NCBI GenBank assembly: GCA_002269645.1
Contig: NIVC01000856.1
Coordinates: 310,001-374,000, forward strand
Length of the DNA: 64,000 nt
Source of the DNA: Macrostomum lignano
Taxonomy: Eukaryota
Direction: 5' to 3'
A program made the position numbers and the translations under genes. Position 1 is the stretch's first letter. Every line of letters begins with the position of its first letter. Shown here piece by piece: positions 36,156-50,024 of this stretch. Below the pieces are notes generated by a model, which saw nothing but the letters and a program-made list of their open reading frames with translations, had not been told where the DNA came from and did not search any database.

Positions 36156-36201
36156 ATTTGAGTAGTTCCACAGATTCCGCCCCACTCGGGCCTCATCATT
36201 T

Positions 36202-39200
36202 TCAGCTCCTGGACTCGCCGCCGCTGCTGTCCTCCGCCTCTTCTAGCAGGCCGTAGCGCCGTCGCTTCCTCAGGCGGCCGACGCTGCCGGCTGGTCCTGG
36301 TTTTTCGCATTGTTAGTTATTTGATATAATCGATTAGCATCTCAATCAGGGCTGACAATCAGAATGAAAAATAGCCAACAAATCAAAACGTTGCTAAAAT
36401 GCTAACTAAATTCAATCTTGCCGGTTATTGCAATTTAATTTTTCTCATATAATGTCGCCGCTGCAGAATATAAATTGTTTCATTTCGCGTCACGCTACTT
36501 ACAGTACACTAAATAGCGTATGTTACATTTTTTAATTTAACGATTTTATCCATCTTTTATAGTGGAATAAAAAAGATTTGAGGGACTAACTGATCCCGAT
36601 TGAATCTGGGACTGATTTGGGACTAACTGATCCCAAATAAACTAAATTTTCGATACATATCGGCATAACTCACCGACATAGCTGAGCAGCACAGGCAGGA
36701 ACACGAGGCCGTGCAGGGCTCCGAACAGCACAATGCCCAGGTACATGCGGAAGTAGAAAATTTTGAACAGCTGGGATTTGGCAAAACCGAGGATCACAAT
36801 GCCGCCCAGCTTGGTGAGGGTGATGCCGGAGAACACGGAGCTGCCCATGTGGACAAAACTGTCCCGAGCTCTGGCCAGCCGGCTGGTCTCCTTGGAGACG
36901 GCGAAAGCACGGACCAGGTGCGAGCAGAACTCCACCGAGATGCCCACGGTCTGGGGTTGGGGGTCAGAGGGGTCGACCTTTTAACAATGATAGTCATCGT
37001 TTCAACCATGACAATCATCCTTTCAACCATGATAATCATCATTTCAACCATGACAATCATCATTTCAACAATGAAAATCATCATTTAAGCATGATAATCA
37101 TTATTTCAACAATGATAATCATCATTTCAATAATGATTATCATCATTTTAAGCATGACAATCATCCTTTCAACCATGACAATCATCATTTCAACAATGAA
37201 AATCATCATTTAAGCATGATAATCATTATTTCAACAATGATAATCATCATTTCAATAATGATTATCATCATTTTAAGCATGACAATCATCCTTTCAACCA
37301 TGATAATCATTATTTCAACAATGATAATCATCATTTCAATAATGATTATCATCATTTTAAGCATGACAATCATCCTTTCAACCATGATAATCATCATTTC
37401 AATAATGATAATCATCATTTCAATAATGATTATCATCATTTTAAGCATGACAATCATCCTTTCAACCATGATAATCATCATTTCAATAATGATAATCATC
37501 ATTTCAACCATGGCAATCATCATTTCAACCATGGCAATCATCATTTCAACAATGAGAATCAGCATTTCAACAATTATAATCATCATTTCAAGCATGATAA
37601 GCGATAAGCAACTTTAAAGCTAGGATAAATTGTTTTTTCTTACATTAACGTTGCAACTGTGATAATCACTATATTAGCCACAAAAATGACTACGAAATGA
37701 AAGTGTTCAAAACGTAACAAAACCAATAGCGGCAGTTTGAGCAGTTTGAAACACGCACGCTAGCAATAATTTCATTTCAGTGCCAGGCAGTGCTAAGAGA
37801 ATATGTTTCAATTTGACCCGAAATAAAGTGCATATAGCATTAGAATTGGCTACATTTATGATAAGGAATGTCACGCCATAACTCATACAGGCCCTGCAGT
37901 GCCTGACTTGACCTATGGATTGTGAACATTCAACCTGGGCATTTCATTGCGCAGTCCAGTCACGCCAGTTACTTATCGGAGACTATGCTACTTCATTTTT
38001 TGTGTTCCAATTTTACTTTTCCTCGCCCTAACTTTCTAGAACTGTTTTTATAATCTCATAAATCAGGGCAGTGTTGGTTGATTAAAGTGTGCCAATGCAC
38101 TTTTCTCAAGTTAAAGTACATGCCGTGAATGACGACTTTACCAATAGATATCCACATCCCTACCCACAGACAGTGTCCAGGCTACCCACAGACAGTGTCC
38201 AGGCTACCCAAAGACAGTGTCCAAGCTACCCACAGACACAGTGTCCAGGCTACCCACAGACACAGTATCCAGGCTACCCACAGACACAGTATCCAGGCTA
38301 CCCACAGACACAGTATCCAGGCTACCCACAGACACAGTATCTAGGCTACCCACAGACACAGTATCCAGGCTACCATCGCTCACCATGACGAGGTTCACCA
38401 GTGACACAGCGTTAAGCGTGATATCCCAGAAGTACATGAAGCCAAGCATGGAGTTGAGAATCAGGCCGATAGTGAGCAGTATGATGCAGGTGGAGAACAG
38501 GTCAAATCCAAGCAGGATGAAGGTCACAACGCCGATAGCGGCAACGCAGATTGACAGGTTGACAACCGTGTCGTGCACAATGGTCAGGTATTGCTCGTAG
38601 AATACGTAGAACACGCTGTACGGGAATACATTGATCTCCCTGGCAACAATTCGGTTGGAGGGTTGATAGATATAGATGCATGCAGGCAAAGCGGGACTAG
38701 CTGATCCCGAATGAATCTGGGACTGACTGCGGGACTAACGGAATGAATCTGGGCTGATTGCGGGACTAATCCAATGAATCTGGGCTGATTGCGGGACTAA
38801 TCCAATGAATCTGGGACTGACTGCGGGACTAACCCAATGAATCTGGGACTGACTGCGGGACTAACGGAATGAATCTGGGCTGATTGCGGGACTAATCCAA
38901 TGAATCTGGGACTTACTGCGGGACTAACCCAATGAATCTGGGACTGATTGCGGGACTAACCCAATGAATCTGGGACTGACTGCGGGACTAACCCAATGAA
39001 TCTGGGACTGACTGCGGGACTAACCCAATGAATCTGGGACTGATTGCGGGACTAACCCAATGAATCTGGGACTGACTGCGGGACTAACCCAATGAATCTG
39101 GAACTGATTGCGGGACTGAACCAATGCATCTAGGACTGATTGCAGGACTAACGGAATGAATCCGGGACTGACTGCGGGACTAACAGAAGAAATCTGGGAC

Positions 39201-42200
39201 TGATTGCAGGACTAACCCAATGAATATGGGACTGATTTCGGGACTAATAGTCAAATACAATAAAATACGCAAAAAACTCACTTTGATTGAGTAACATTCT
39301 CAAAGTACGTATTAATATCGTCAGTCATTTTAATAGCCATCTTGTAGGCGTTAATAAAATCGTCGCCGGTCCTGAGCACAGAGTGGTAGGTCATGTAGTA
39401 GGAGGCGGTCACTGCCCCGGTGGCGTTGGACCTCGCTATGGCCGTAGCGTAGGCGGCGTGTCCGCCTTTGGCGCAGGCGGGCCCGGGGTTGTCCATGAGG
39501 AAATAGTCCAGGTAGCGGTAGAACTCCGACTGCACCGGCCGGCCGTCTGAAGTGAAATTCACGTTGCAGGAGACGCAATCAGTGGCCGAGCTGGTGGCCG
39601 GACAGAAGCCGCCGGAGCCGGCCGTGTGGTAGCGGCAGCAGGGCGGGTGTCCGCTTGGGTCCAGCCAGTCCACATAGTCGTCAAACCAGGAGCTGGGCGG
39701 GCTAACAATATAGGAATAGGTTGGAATCTCGGACATCTGGGACAGCTGGCCGACCATGGACTTCTGCGGACAGCCGGCCCGGCTGCACACCAGGTTCTGC
39801 TGGCTGGGATCCGAGTAGTCCAGCGGGCCGCGCACTACAAAGTAGACGGGCGGCCCGACGCTCAGATACCGCTTGATGCCGTCGAAATAGTCGATCACGT
39901 AGCTGTCCTCGGGCATGCTAAGCTCCTGGTCCAGGCCTACTCGGACATTGTGCACCGAGGCCAGGCACAGACAGGCCCAGCCGGTGAACAGCAGGATGAC
40001 AAACGGCCGGACCCAGGATTGGAACAGCACAGCCGATATGTAGCGCTTGAATAGTTGGAATAGCAAGCCGCTGTTGTTGTTAGATTGCGCCGAGTCCGGA
40101 TTCGAGTCCAGGATCTCGCGCGGAAGCTGCTGCTGCTGCTGTGCGGCCTGCTCATCCTTGGACGCCAGCAGGCAGCAGAGAACATCCGGCCTGCCGGCTG
40201 CCTGACGCCTGGCGTCCAGCGACAGCAGCGCCACGAAGCAGCTGATCTGCAGCAGGAAGTCCACCAGCACGGCCATGCCAGCGTACAGGGCGAACACGCG
40301 GACGGCCGGCATGGAGGTCAAGGCGCCGAAGAAGAAGGCCACGGACTCGCTCAGGCTGCTTAGCAGCATGCTGGGCCCCACGCTGCCCACCGAGCGGGCG
40401 ATGCGGGCCTGCGGGGGGACAGCTGAAGGGCTTGAGATCCCTGTCTAGATCCTAAATGACCACCCTATCTAGATTATAAATGACCCCACTATCTAGATCC
40501 TAAATGACCACCCTATCTAGATTATAAATGACCCCACTATCTAGAGCCTAAATGACCACCCTATCTAGATTATACATGTAAATGACCCCACTATCTAGAT
40601 TATAAATGACCCCACTATCTAGATTATAAATGACCCCACTATCTAGATGCTTAATGACCCCCCTAGTTCTAGATACTAAATGCCCCCCTAGTTCCAGATC
40701 CTAAATGACCCCCCCCCCTAGTTCTCGATAGCAAATGACCACCCACCTAGTTCTAGATACTAAATGACCCCCCCCCCTAGTTCCAGATCCTAAATGACCC
40801 CCCCTAGTTCTCGATACTAAATGCCCCCCCCTAGTTCCAGATCCTAAATGACCCCCCCCTAGTTCTCGATACTAAATGCCCCCCCTAGTCCTAGATCCTA
40901 AATGACCCTCACCCCCTATTATAGGATCCTAAGGAATCCTTGATCCTATTCCAGGCGGATAACGCACGTGATTATGAGATGACTGGTTTACCTGCACGCA
41001 GTCGGCATAGGCGGCGTCCCGCTGGTAGTGCTGCACCAGAATGAATATGTTATCAACCCCAACGGCCAGCACTAGGAAAGGCACAACCTCGATAATGATA
41101 AGCGTGGCCGGGAAGCCCAGATAGCTCCAGAATCCCAGGGAGCAGGCCACAGCGATCAGCACAATGACCACACCGGCCAGGCCCAGAGTGACCTTGGCGT
41201 CGATGAACAGCCGGTTGCAGGACTTGTACTGACCCAGCGTGATGGTCACGTAGGCAAACATCACCAGGTAGCTAATTAGGATTGTCAGCACGTCCGAGTT
41301 CGATTCCCGTTCCAGCTCGTCTTCAATCGAGCGCTCCGACGAGTAGCGCACATCGAATTCGGCCGAATTGTCCTCTTTGAACTGGCGAGCCACCTTGAGA
41401 AAGGCCGACTCCCATTCTTTGGCCGCGCGCACCTGTTTGAGGGATTTTAAGGGATTTTTGAGGGATAATGGAGATCTATAGGGTATAATGGAAATTTGTA
41501 GGGGAAATGAGGATCTGTAGGGGATAATGGGAATCTGTAGAGGATAATGGGTATCAATAGGGAATAATGGATATCTGTATGGGATAATGTGGATCTTTAG
41601 GGAATAATGGGGATCTGTATGGGATAATGTGGATCTTTAGGGAATAATGGGGATCTGTATGGGATAATGTGGATCTTTAGGGGATAATGGGGATCCATAG
41701 AGGATAATGGGGATCAATAGGGGATAATGGGGATCTGTAGGGGATGATGGAAACTTGTAGGGGATAATGGGGATCTGTAAGGGATAATGGAAATCTGTAG
41801 GGGATAATGGCGATCTGTAGGGGATAATGGGGATCTTTAGGGGATAATGGGGATCTGTAGGGGATGATGGAAACTTGTAGGGGATAATGGGGATCTGTAT
41901 GGGATAATGTGGATCTTTAAAGGATAATGGGGATCCATAGAGGATAATGGGGATCAATAGGGGATAATGGGGATCTACATGGGATAATGGAGATCTGTAG
42001 GGGATAATGTGGATCTTTAGGGGATAATGGGGATCCCTAGAAGATAATGGGGATCTGTAAGGGATAATGGGGATCCCTAGAAGATAATGGGGATCTGTAA
42101 GGGATAATGGGGATCTGTAGGGGATAATGGGGATCTGTAGGGGATAATGGCGATCTGTAGGGGATAATGGGGATCTATAGGAGATAATGTGGATCTATAG

Positions 42201-45200
42201 GGGACAATGGGGATCTGTAAGGGATAATGGGGATTTTTTAGTGATGATGAGAATTTTTCGGGGATAGTAGGGATATTTTATGAAGCATGGGAATATTTTA
42301 GGGATCATGGGGATATTTAAGGGATCATGAGAATCTTGCGATTTAAAGGAACTTAAGTGGATTTAAATAAGAGACTTACAAAAATTAGTTAAAATAGAGC
42401 AAATTAAAATCAGATTTATATAGTAACTGACCTGCTTCGACTCAGAATTAACATCGTTATTAACAATAAAGGTGAGCACAATAGCGCTGGAATTCAGATA
42501 AGCGGTTCCATTAAAGCCGCCAAACACCACCCAGGGATAAATTGGGCCGCCCCATTCGGCAAAGCAGCTCATCTGGTTCGGGCTGTTGTCGTTCATGCTG
42601 ATAGGGTTCTGGGTGCAGGCCACCAGATGGGTGATCCAATCAGCGTCCACAAGGTCGAAGTCGTTCAGGTGGGTCAAGTTCAAATTGGTACCGTTGGATT
42701 GGAAATAGCCCAGAGGGCTCTGCACCGCGCAGGTGGAGTAGTCCGGGGCCAGAGGCTTGAAGCAGATGTCCGTGAGGCTCATGTTCCTGCCCAGGGTGTC
42801 GCTCCACACTTCCATGTTGGTCACGTGGGTCTGCAGGTCCAGCAGCTTCTGGAGGAACTGCTTGCGTACCACCGGGCTAAACACTTTGTAGGGCAGCGGT
42901 TCGAAGTAGGGGTCGTGCGAGAACAGCGTCTGGTTCCTGGGGATCACGATGATCTGCTCGGAGCGGTAGAACGGGCTGTGGGACGGAGTGAGATAGGATG
43001 AAGACTGGCGTGAACCAGCGTGACACACATGACTCACTGACTCTTGTTTAAATCTACAAACAATGGGTCAGTGCTGACCCACTGATAATTGCTTGACTCA
43101 CTGACACTTGCCGACCCACAGACACTTGCCGACCCACAGACACTTACCGACACACGAACACCTGCTGACACACAGACACTTGCCGACACACTGATACTTT
43201 CTGACCCACTGACGCTTGCTGACCCACTGACGATTGCTGACCCACAGACACTTGTTGACCCACAGACACTTGTTGACCCTGACCCACAGACAATTGCTGG
43301 CTCACTGACACTCGCTAACCCACAGACACTTGCTGATCCTGACCCACAGACAATTGCTGACCCACAAACACTTGCTGACCCTGACCCATTGAAACTCGCT
43401 GACCCACAGACACTTGCTGACCCACTGATACTCGCTGACTCACTGACACTTGCTGACCCAGACACGCACTGACCCACAGGCACTTAGACCATCCCGACCC
43501 AAAACTCAAGGCTGACCCAGTGACTCACCCGAAATTCTCATCAAAAAAGTTTTTCTGCTGCCTAGCCGTGGAATCCGGTGCGCTCCACAGCTCCACGGGG
43601 TCGGTGGTGACCTGAAAGAAGAACACTCCGCAGGACAGACCGACGCACAGCAACAACCCGGCAACCAGTACAATGACTGGCCTGTCGGCTACCAGACGGC
43701 CCCAGGAGGTGAAAGCGGCCTCCAGGCGGGACTCGAACTCGGCGTTGATCCGGTCGCCGCAGCCGATGTCCTTGTCGCTCAGCGGCCGACCTTCCGACGA
43801 AGAAGCGGCCGTCGCGTTGGAGGCGGCGGTCGATGCCGATGGCGGCTCATTCTGGAACAGCTTGAACCCCATGCTGTTGTTGGCGTACACGTGGAAGAAG
43901 ATGTTGGCCCCGCCGAATAGCAGGATGAAAACAGCGTACACCAGGAAGAGGATCAGGTACCAGCCGTCTACGCCGAGGATGCGCCACGGCTTTGGCGGGG
44001 CCGGAATGGGCGGCGGCTTCACGCAGGCGGCCTGGGGAGGCAAAAGGGGATAAAGGGATAAATATAATAAATATTTTATTTATAAAACTCAATCATTGAT
44101 TTAAAGGGAAGTTAGTTTAGTCATTAGTCACATAGAAGTTGCTCATTCTTACGGAAATGATTAATCATTTATTTATAACACAGCTAAATTTTTTTACCCA
44201 AGCACCAGAGACAGAAGACTAAAAAAGAGAGGGAATGGATGAGAAAAGAGAGAGAGGATAGAGGAGGGAAGAGGAGAGAGGAGAGAGGGGAGAGGAGAGA
44301 GGAGAGAGGAGAGGATAGAGGAGAGAGGGGAGAGGAGAGAGGGGAGAGGAGAGAGGAGAGAGGGGGGGAGAGGAGAGGGAAGATGGGAGAGGAGAAAGGA
44401 GAGAGGGGAAGGGAGATGAGAGAGGAGAAAAAGAGAAGAGAGCTGAGAAGAGACTGCTAGTGTGAAGTTTCACGGACCCGAGGACCGGATAGAGAGGCTT
44501 CGCGGGCCGGAGTTAGCAGACCCATGACGTAGCAACCAAAATAGCAAGCAACGCTTTGCTAAATAAGTAACATACAATTATCTTCATCAAGCATATTAGA
44601 ACTGTTTTGAATAGCTAAATATGACCCTTGACCAAGGGGCTAAATTAAGCACAGTCATTACACATAAACTAAAGCACTAGGTTAGCACTAGAACGAGATG
44701 TTTGCTTTGCTATGTGTCTGGGGTTCACGCGCATTTCGCACACTTATGATTTGACGCGTGTTTACACTGCGCTATGCTAAAACTGAAATTTATATCCGAC
44801 TTGAAGGCGAAATTAGGCGGCCAGCCACTCCAGTCTAAAATTTGCTATTTCAAGATATAGATACATAAATACTGGGTCCAAATTCTCAAGTCTCTCCTTG
44901 GTGCATTTGCAAATGTAGAAATTGTGAAAGTGTTTCGATACACTAGCTAGCTAGCTAGGACTGTGCGCACAGAATCAAGCAAATTCACTTTTGCAGAGCG
45001 GCGACAAGCATGTGGAAATGTTGTTTTCGATTTAAACTATCCGAGAAAAAATGTATAGTTGCATTGTCTGTACTGACTGAATCATAAATAATCAGTGTGA
45101 CGGCCAGGGGAGACAGTTACGATGCCAGGGGAGGCAGCGGGGATGCCAGGGGAGGCAGTGGGGATGCCAGGGGAGGTAGCGGGGATGCCAGGGGAGGCAG

Positions 45201-47081
45201 TGGAGATGCCAGGGGAAGCAGCGGGGGAAGGGCAGCCGCCCTTTCTCACCTGACAGTCGGTGCAGGAGCAAGGTGCTATGCCGCCAGCCTTGTCTCCAAG
45301 CTCGCATTTAACCAGACTGGAGTTCATGGGGCACATAGACTCGCTGCCATTCGTGTAGCACTGGTCCTGAATGAGATATTTGGTATTGAAGGGAGCGAGC
45401 GAGTTGGCCTTAGTGTCGCCAATGAAGCTATAGATGTCCTGGATTGTGCACTTTTCAACGCTGACGCTGCCGCACAGACCGCCAATCGCTTTGCTGTTGC
45501 CCTGCATGACGTCTTTGCAGCTGTTGAATAGGCCGTAGGAGAAGGTGCTGGTGATGTTGTAGTCTATGTTGAGGATGCCATGGCTAGTCTGGTTCACCTG
45601 AGTCGGTCTCATATAGTGAGTCTGGTTTGGCGAGCAGGTAAACTGGCAGAATAGTTCGCGAAAATTTTTCCAGCAGCCCGGGCAACGTTTGAATAGGAGG
45701 CCGGCCGGGTCCAGCTGCTGACTCAGCGTTTGCACCTGCGATGGGGTTGGGTTTGTGCGGCTAGTGCCCGGATGACTGTCGGGTGTCAGGTAAAGGCAGC
45801 TGGGATTTTCAGGGATTTTTTAGACAAATTGTGTCGGAAAAAAACATCATGATATCGGAAAAGACACCAGGATGTCGGGAAAGACACCAGGATATCGGGG
45901 AAGACACCAAGATGTCGGGGAAGACACCAGGATGTCGGGAAAGACACCAGGATGCCGAGGAAGACGCCAGGATGTCGGGAAAGACAGAAGTATCCCAGGA
46001 AAGACAGCAGGATGTCGGAGAAGACAGCAGAATGTCGGGAAAGACAGCAAGATGTCGGAAAAGACAGCAAGATGTCGGAAAAGACAGCAAGATATCGGAA
46101 AAGACAGCAAGATGTCAGAAAAGACAGCAGGATGTTGGAGAAGACAGCAGAATGTCTGGAAAGACAGCAAGATGTCGGGGAAGACACCAGGATGTCGGGG
46201 AAGACACCAGGATGTCAGGAAAGACACCAGGATGTCGGGGAAGACACTAGGATATCGGGGAAGACACCAGGATGTCGGGGAAGACACTAGGATATCGGGG
46301 AAGACACCAGGATGTCGGGGAAGACACTAGGATATCGGGGAAGACACCAGGATGTCGGGGAAGACACCAGGATGTCGGAAAAACATCAGGATATCGGAAA
46401 AGAGACCAGGATGTCAGGAAAGACAGCAGGATGTCAGGGAGACAGCAGTTTATTAGCAAAGACAGCAGAATGTCCGGAAAGAGAGGAAGACGGCAGGATG
46501 TCAGGAAGACAGAAGGATATCAAAGATGGCAGTAGGTTGGGGAAGACAGGAGGATGTCAGATAAGACAGCAGGATGTAACGGAAGGCAGCAGATATGAAA
46601 AACAGGGAAGCCGGGAATACCATGGGAAACCCAAAATTATTGGTGACAAAAAGCAGTATATTAGTCTTAGTTATAGATAAATTAAAACATCTTACCTGAG
46701 ATGGTGCACAGCAGGTGTAGATAGTATCTGAGCCAGGATCAAATAGATCTGGGCATATAGATTTTAAAGAAGCCACTGCAGCAGAATCATTTAGTAATTT
46801 TGGTGGTCCATTGTACACACAGTTGGTAGACTTGCCAGTTGGGCCTTTGCCACATTGGTCATACATTATGCAATCACCCGTAGCCTGTTAAATGCAAATT
46901 TACAGCTTGTAAAATCAAACATAAAAATTAGACAAGCAATACCTTTAACAAAAAATTAAAGTAATATAACATTAAAATTTTTAGATCAATTTTAACATAT
47001 TTTTATTGTACTTACATATGAAACTCCAGAAACTAAAAGAAGAAATCCAAAAAGTTGAATCTTTAAAGATATCATGATCAT
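36202..47081 (-). CDS. NPC1: Niemann-Pick C1-like lysosomal sterol transporter; 10 exons, about 1327 aa
   Basis: Exons: 47081-47016 (signal peptide [22 protein letters not shown]), 46884-46696, 45735-45250, 44031-43529, 42975-42432, 41432-40992, 40408-39282, 38639-38384, 36950-36674, 36296-36202; all GT-AG and in phase. NTD: [33 protein letters not shown]; sterol-sensing domain [17 protein letters not shown]; VGPPVYFV; [14 protein letters not shown]; GISVEFCSH; GITLTKLGG. Confidence 0.95.
36985..37595. repeat. 21-bp minisatellite TTTCAACCATGATAATCATCA, NPC1 intron 8
   Basis: Direct reading. Confidence 0.9.
38165..38374. repeat. 24-bp minisatellite CAGGCTACCCACAGACACAGTATC, NPC1 intron 8
   Basis: About 8 copies next to the donor. 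Confidence 0.9.
38690..39248. repeat. 32-bp minisatellite CTGGGACTGACTGCGGGACTAACCCAATGAAT, NPC1 intron 7
   Basis: About 17 copies; a related short copy sits at about 36580-36640. Confidence 0.9.
40440..40915. repeat. 24-25-bp minisatellite TCTAGATCCTAAATGACCCCACTA, NPC1 intron 6
   Basis: Direct reading. Confidence 0.88.
41445..42330. repeat. 20-bp minisatellite GGGATAATGGGGATCTGTAG, NPC1 intron 5
   Basis: Direct reading. Confidence 0.9.
43095..43500. repeat. 18/24-bp minisatellite GACCCACAGACACTTGCT, NPC1 intron 4
   Basis: Direct reading. Confidence 0.85.
44225..44455. repeat. GA-rich tract, NPC1 intron 3
   Basis: Direct reading. Confidence 0.8.
45105..45228. repeat. 21-bp minisatellite GGGATGCCAGGGGAGGCAGCG, NPC1 intron 3
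   Basis: About 5 copies just inside the donor at 45249. Confidence 0.85.
45850..46560. repeat. 20-bp minisatellite GATGTCGGGAAAGACACCAG, NPC1 intron 2
   Basis: Direct reading. Confidence 0.9.
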
Positions 47082-50024
47082 GCAAAAATTATTTGATTTA
47101 TTATATTGCATTGCATGAATTTATATGATATAAGCTTAATTAAATTATTTTTGAATAAATTTTGAATAAATTTATTATTGCACTAATGACTAAAAGTAAT
47201 GAATTTTTGGGAAGATTCTAGAACTATATCTAGTGTGTATATATTTTCTAAATTTAAATATGCATTGCCCCACAATAAAAATCAAATAAACTTAAGTTGA
47301 GATCTAAAGGTGATAGAAGAAAAATATATAACTTAATCTTAAAACTTAAGCAAAAGCCAAAACTCATTTTTCTTTATATAATTTCATGGAAAAGAAAAAC
47401 ATGTTGTATGTCTTTGCAAATTTATAAATATAAAGTTTTATAAATTTTTACAAATAAGCTGATTTTTCTATTATATTATACCTGGCATATCACATAACAT
47501 GAGTCCATGACAAGATAAATGATACAATATAAGTATACAATACTTTAAGTCTGCTAAGTGCTAACAATAGTTTGCTAAGCACTAAGCAGCTTTTTAACCC
47601 TGTGACTGTAGGCCCCAAAAGTGAATTAAGTATCCAAGTAAAATTTAAAATAAATAGAAGTAATGTTAATGACATCATTGACATGTTCAGATGTAATAAA
47701 TCCTTATATAAGTTATATTATATTATATAATATGATGCAAAAGTTAAATCTTGGGATTAAGAAGCAAAATAATCAGTTGCAGTATATCTATATCTTATGT
47801 CGGTTTAAGATGTCGAGAATGAGAATAACTACAATGGACTAGTACATAGTAATAGTCCTAGCTCGGCGCTCGAAGTTGTGTCGGTTAAGAAATTCAGGTT
47901 CATTGTTATGTGGGCTTTTTTGAACAGATCACTTTTATATTTAAACCGGGGGAGATTCGCTTTTCTCTGATAGCGTGACCAACCGTAGATTCCAAGGTCA
48001 TTGTAATGACATGTAAAAAGAAATGCTTATTAAACTAAATATTGTTTAAAAATTTATATGTCAGTAGTACTATACTATAGCAGAATAAACTGTAGTAATT
48101 TTGCACAAAATGTTAAAAAATTAGTTTAACTAAGAGTAATGTTTAAACGCACGCTTTCTAATAAATTAGTTATCGCGCATTTCAAAATTATCGTAGTTCA
48201 TAAGTTACAGTACGAGCGTACAAGTAAAGCAATCATTCAACTAAACGTCGTTTAGATCTTTTTAGTGCATAAATATTCCGTTCTTGTTCTTCATCTTACT
48301 TCGAACAGACTATTTTAAACTCTTGGCTTTTCACACAAAGCATCATTAGTAGTGATGTTTAATTAAAATGGATTCAACAAACAGCATACTTAAATTCTTT
48401 CAAAATGTATTCACGGTTTTGAATGCTTTGATGTAGTTTGTTTTTCTGATTAATAACTTTATCATCAAATTTTTATAGTTATCTACACTAAGCTAATAAA
48501 ATTGTATTTTGACCAGAATCAATGCAAAATTAAAGTAAGGTGTATAGACTAAATTTGTGATTTTAGTTCGCAGTTAGATATTGAGATTGAGACATAAGGA
48601 CATTGCGATTCACAAAAATTTTCTAAATATAATCACTGACAGACGTTGAAAATTTAGATTTTTTAGATTTTTTGAAACAATCTTGACAAATAACTTTGAG
48701 ATCAGCAACAGTTATACTTCATTATAATTTAATTTTTAAGACAAGTTTTTTTAGTTGAGCTATTATAGTAAAGCAAGTATATATTAAACTGAGCTTTTAG
48801 CATTTACTGCTTATTTTTATACTACTTTCGCTTCTGTTGTATATTTTACATTTGTTCTAGTATTTATGGCAAGAACTTTAACTCTTAAACACTTTCTTAA
48901 TCTGGGCTCTAGCAGCTTTTGAATTTTTATAATTATTTACATTTCTACTACATAGATAGACTTTCGTCGTGGTTCATAATCTATCTTTAATTTCTATCAT
49001 GTTTTATAAAATCATTTTCATAAATCTAAAAATGTTTAAAAGAATTAAGGTCCATGAATACGAGTATGATCAACCATAAAAAATAAAATAATTTTAATTT
49101 GTAAGAAGAAGCAAAATTTACTGTTTCTTGCAAAATTGTGTTGTCTATAGTAGCTGGTATTGTTTATATTTATTAATTAAGTTGCTTAGTCAATCCTATA
49201 GACTTGTAGAGTTTAGTCTCTTATACAAGCTTTTCCTGTACGCAAACCAACTAAAAATCAATTAAGGGAATATTAAAAACAAAGAGTTCAGTTCATTTTC
49301 CATATAATTCGTAATCTGCATAATGATTTCTATAAATAATCTGAATTAGCATTGTCTGTCAATTGGCAGGTGATGAAAACAGCCGACCAAGAACTCATTT
49401 AGATTTGTAAGTAAATTGCGGGACTCTTCTATCCATCGAAATGAATTCGAACTGAAGAAGGAATTGTACTTTAGCCGAGACGGCTTGACGCTCTGCAGAC
49501 ATTCGAAGAGAGGGGAAATGCATGCGCTAGGCCGCCAATTTCTTCCGCTTCTTGCCTGGGAGAAGAGAAGCCGCTACTGACTTGGGGACGGAATGACGAT
49601 GGGGAAGAGGAGTTGGTCAGAGAAAAATCCCCTCGGGGATGCGCCATGCTCGGGCCTGTTAGGAAAATCAAGAGTGAGGGAAAGAGATCTGGAGGCCGAG
49701 GAAGAGAAGGGCGGAGACGGCGCTGTCGCCATGAGCCGAAAAGGCGGAGTGGCTCTGACAGTCGGTCTCTTTTCTTTTTTTCATCTGGCCTCCCGCCTCT
49801 CGATTGATTTCAACGCAACTCCTCTCAATGTTTGCTCTCAGGGCTTCACTCTGCTCAGACCGACTCATTCCTCTTATTGGTCTCCCGCCGCCGTCAGGTT
49901 ACACCGATTTTAAATGCTTTTAGTGTAGTGTTGCATTTTACATCGGAAAAGTCTGCAATACCACTTCAATCAGAAGTTAATGTAAAAAGGATCGTTCTGC
50001 GTGTGCTCAGGAGTCAGCGGAGTG

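Noticed and set aside
47482-47684. Hydrophobic 64-aa ORF and CAG|gtataa donor as NPC1 signal-peptide exon
   Set aside because: A better first exon exists at 47081-47016 (ATG, hydrophobic core, gtaagt donor, correct phase). This may at most be a UTR exon.
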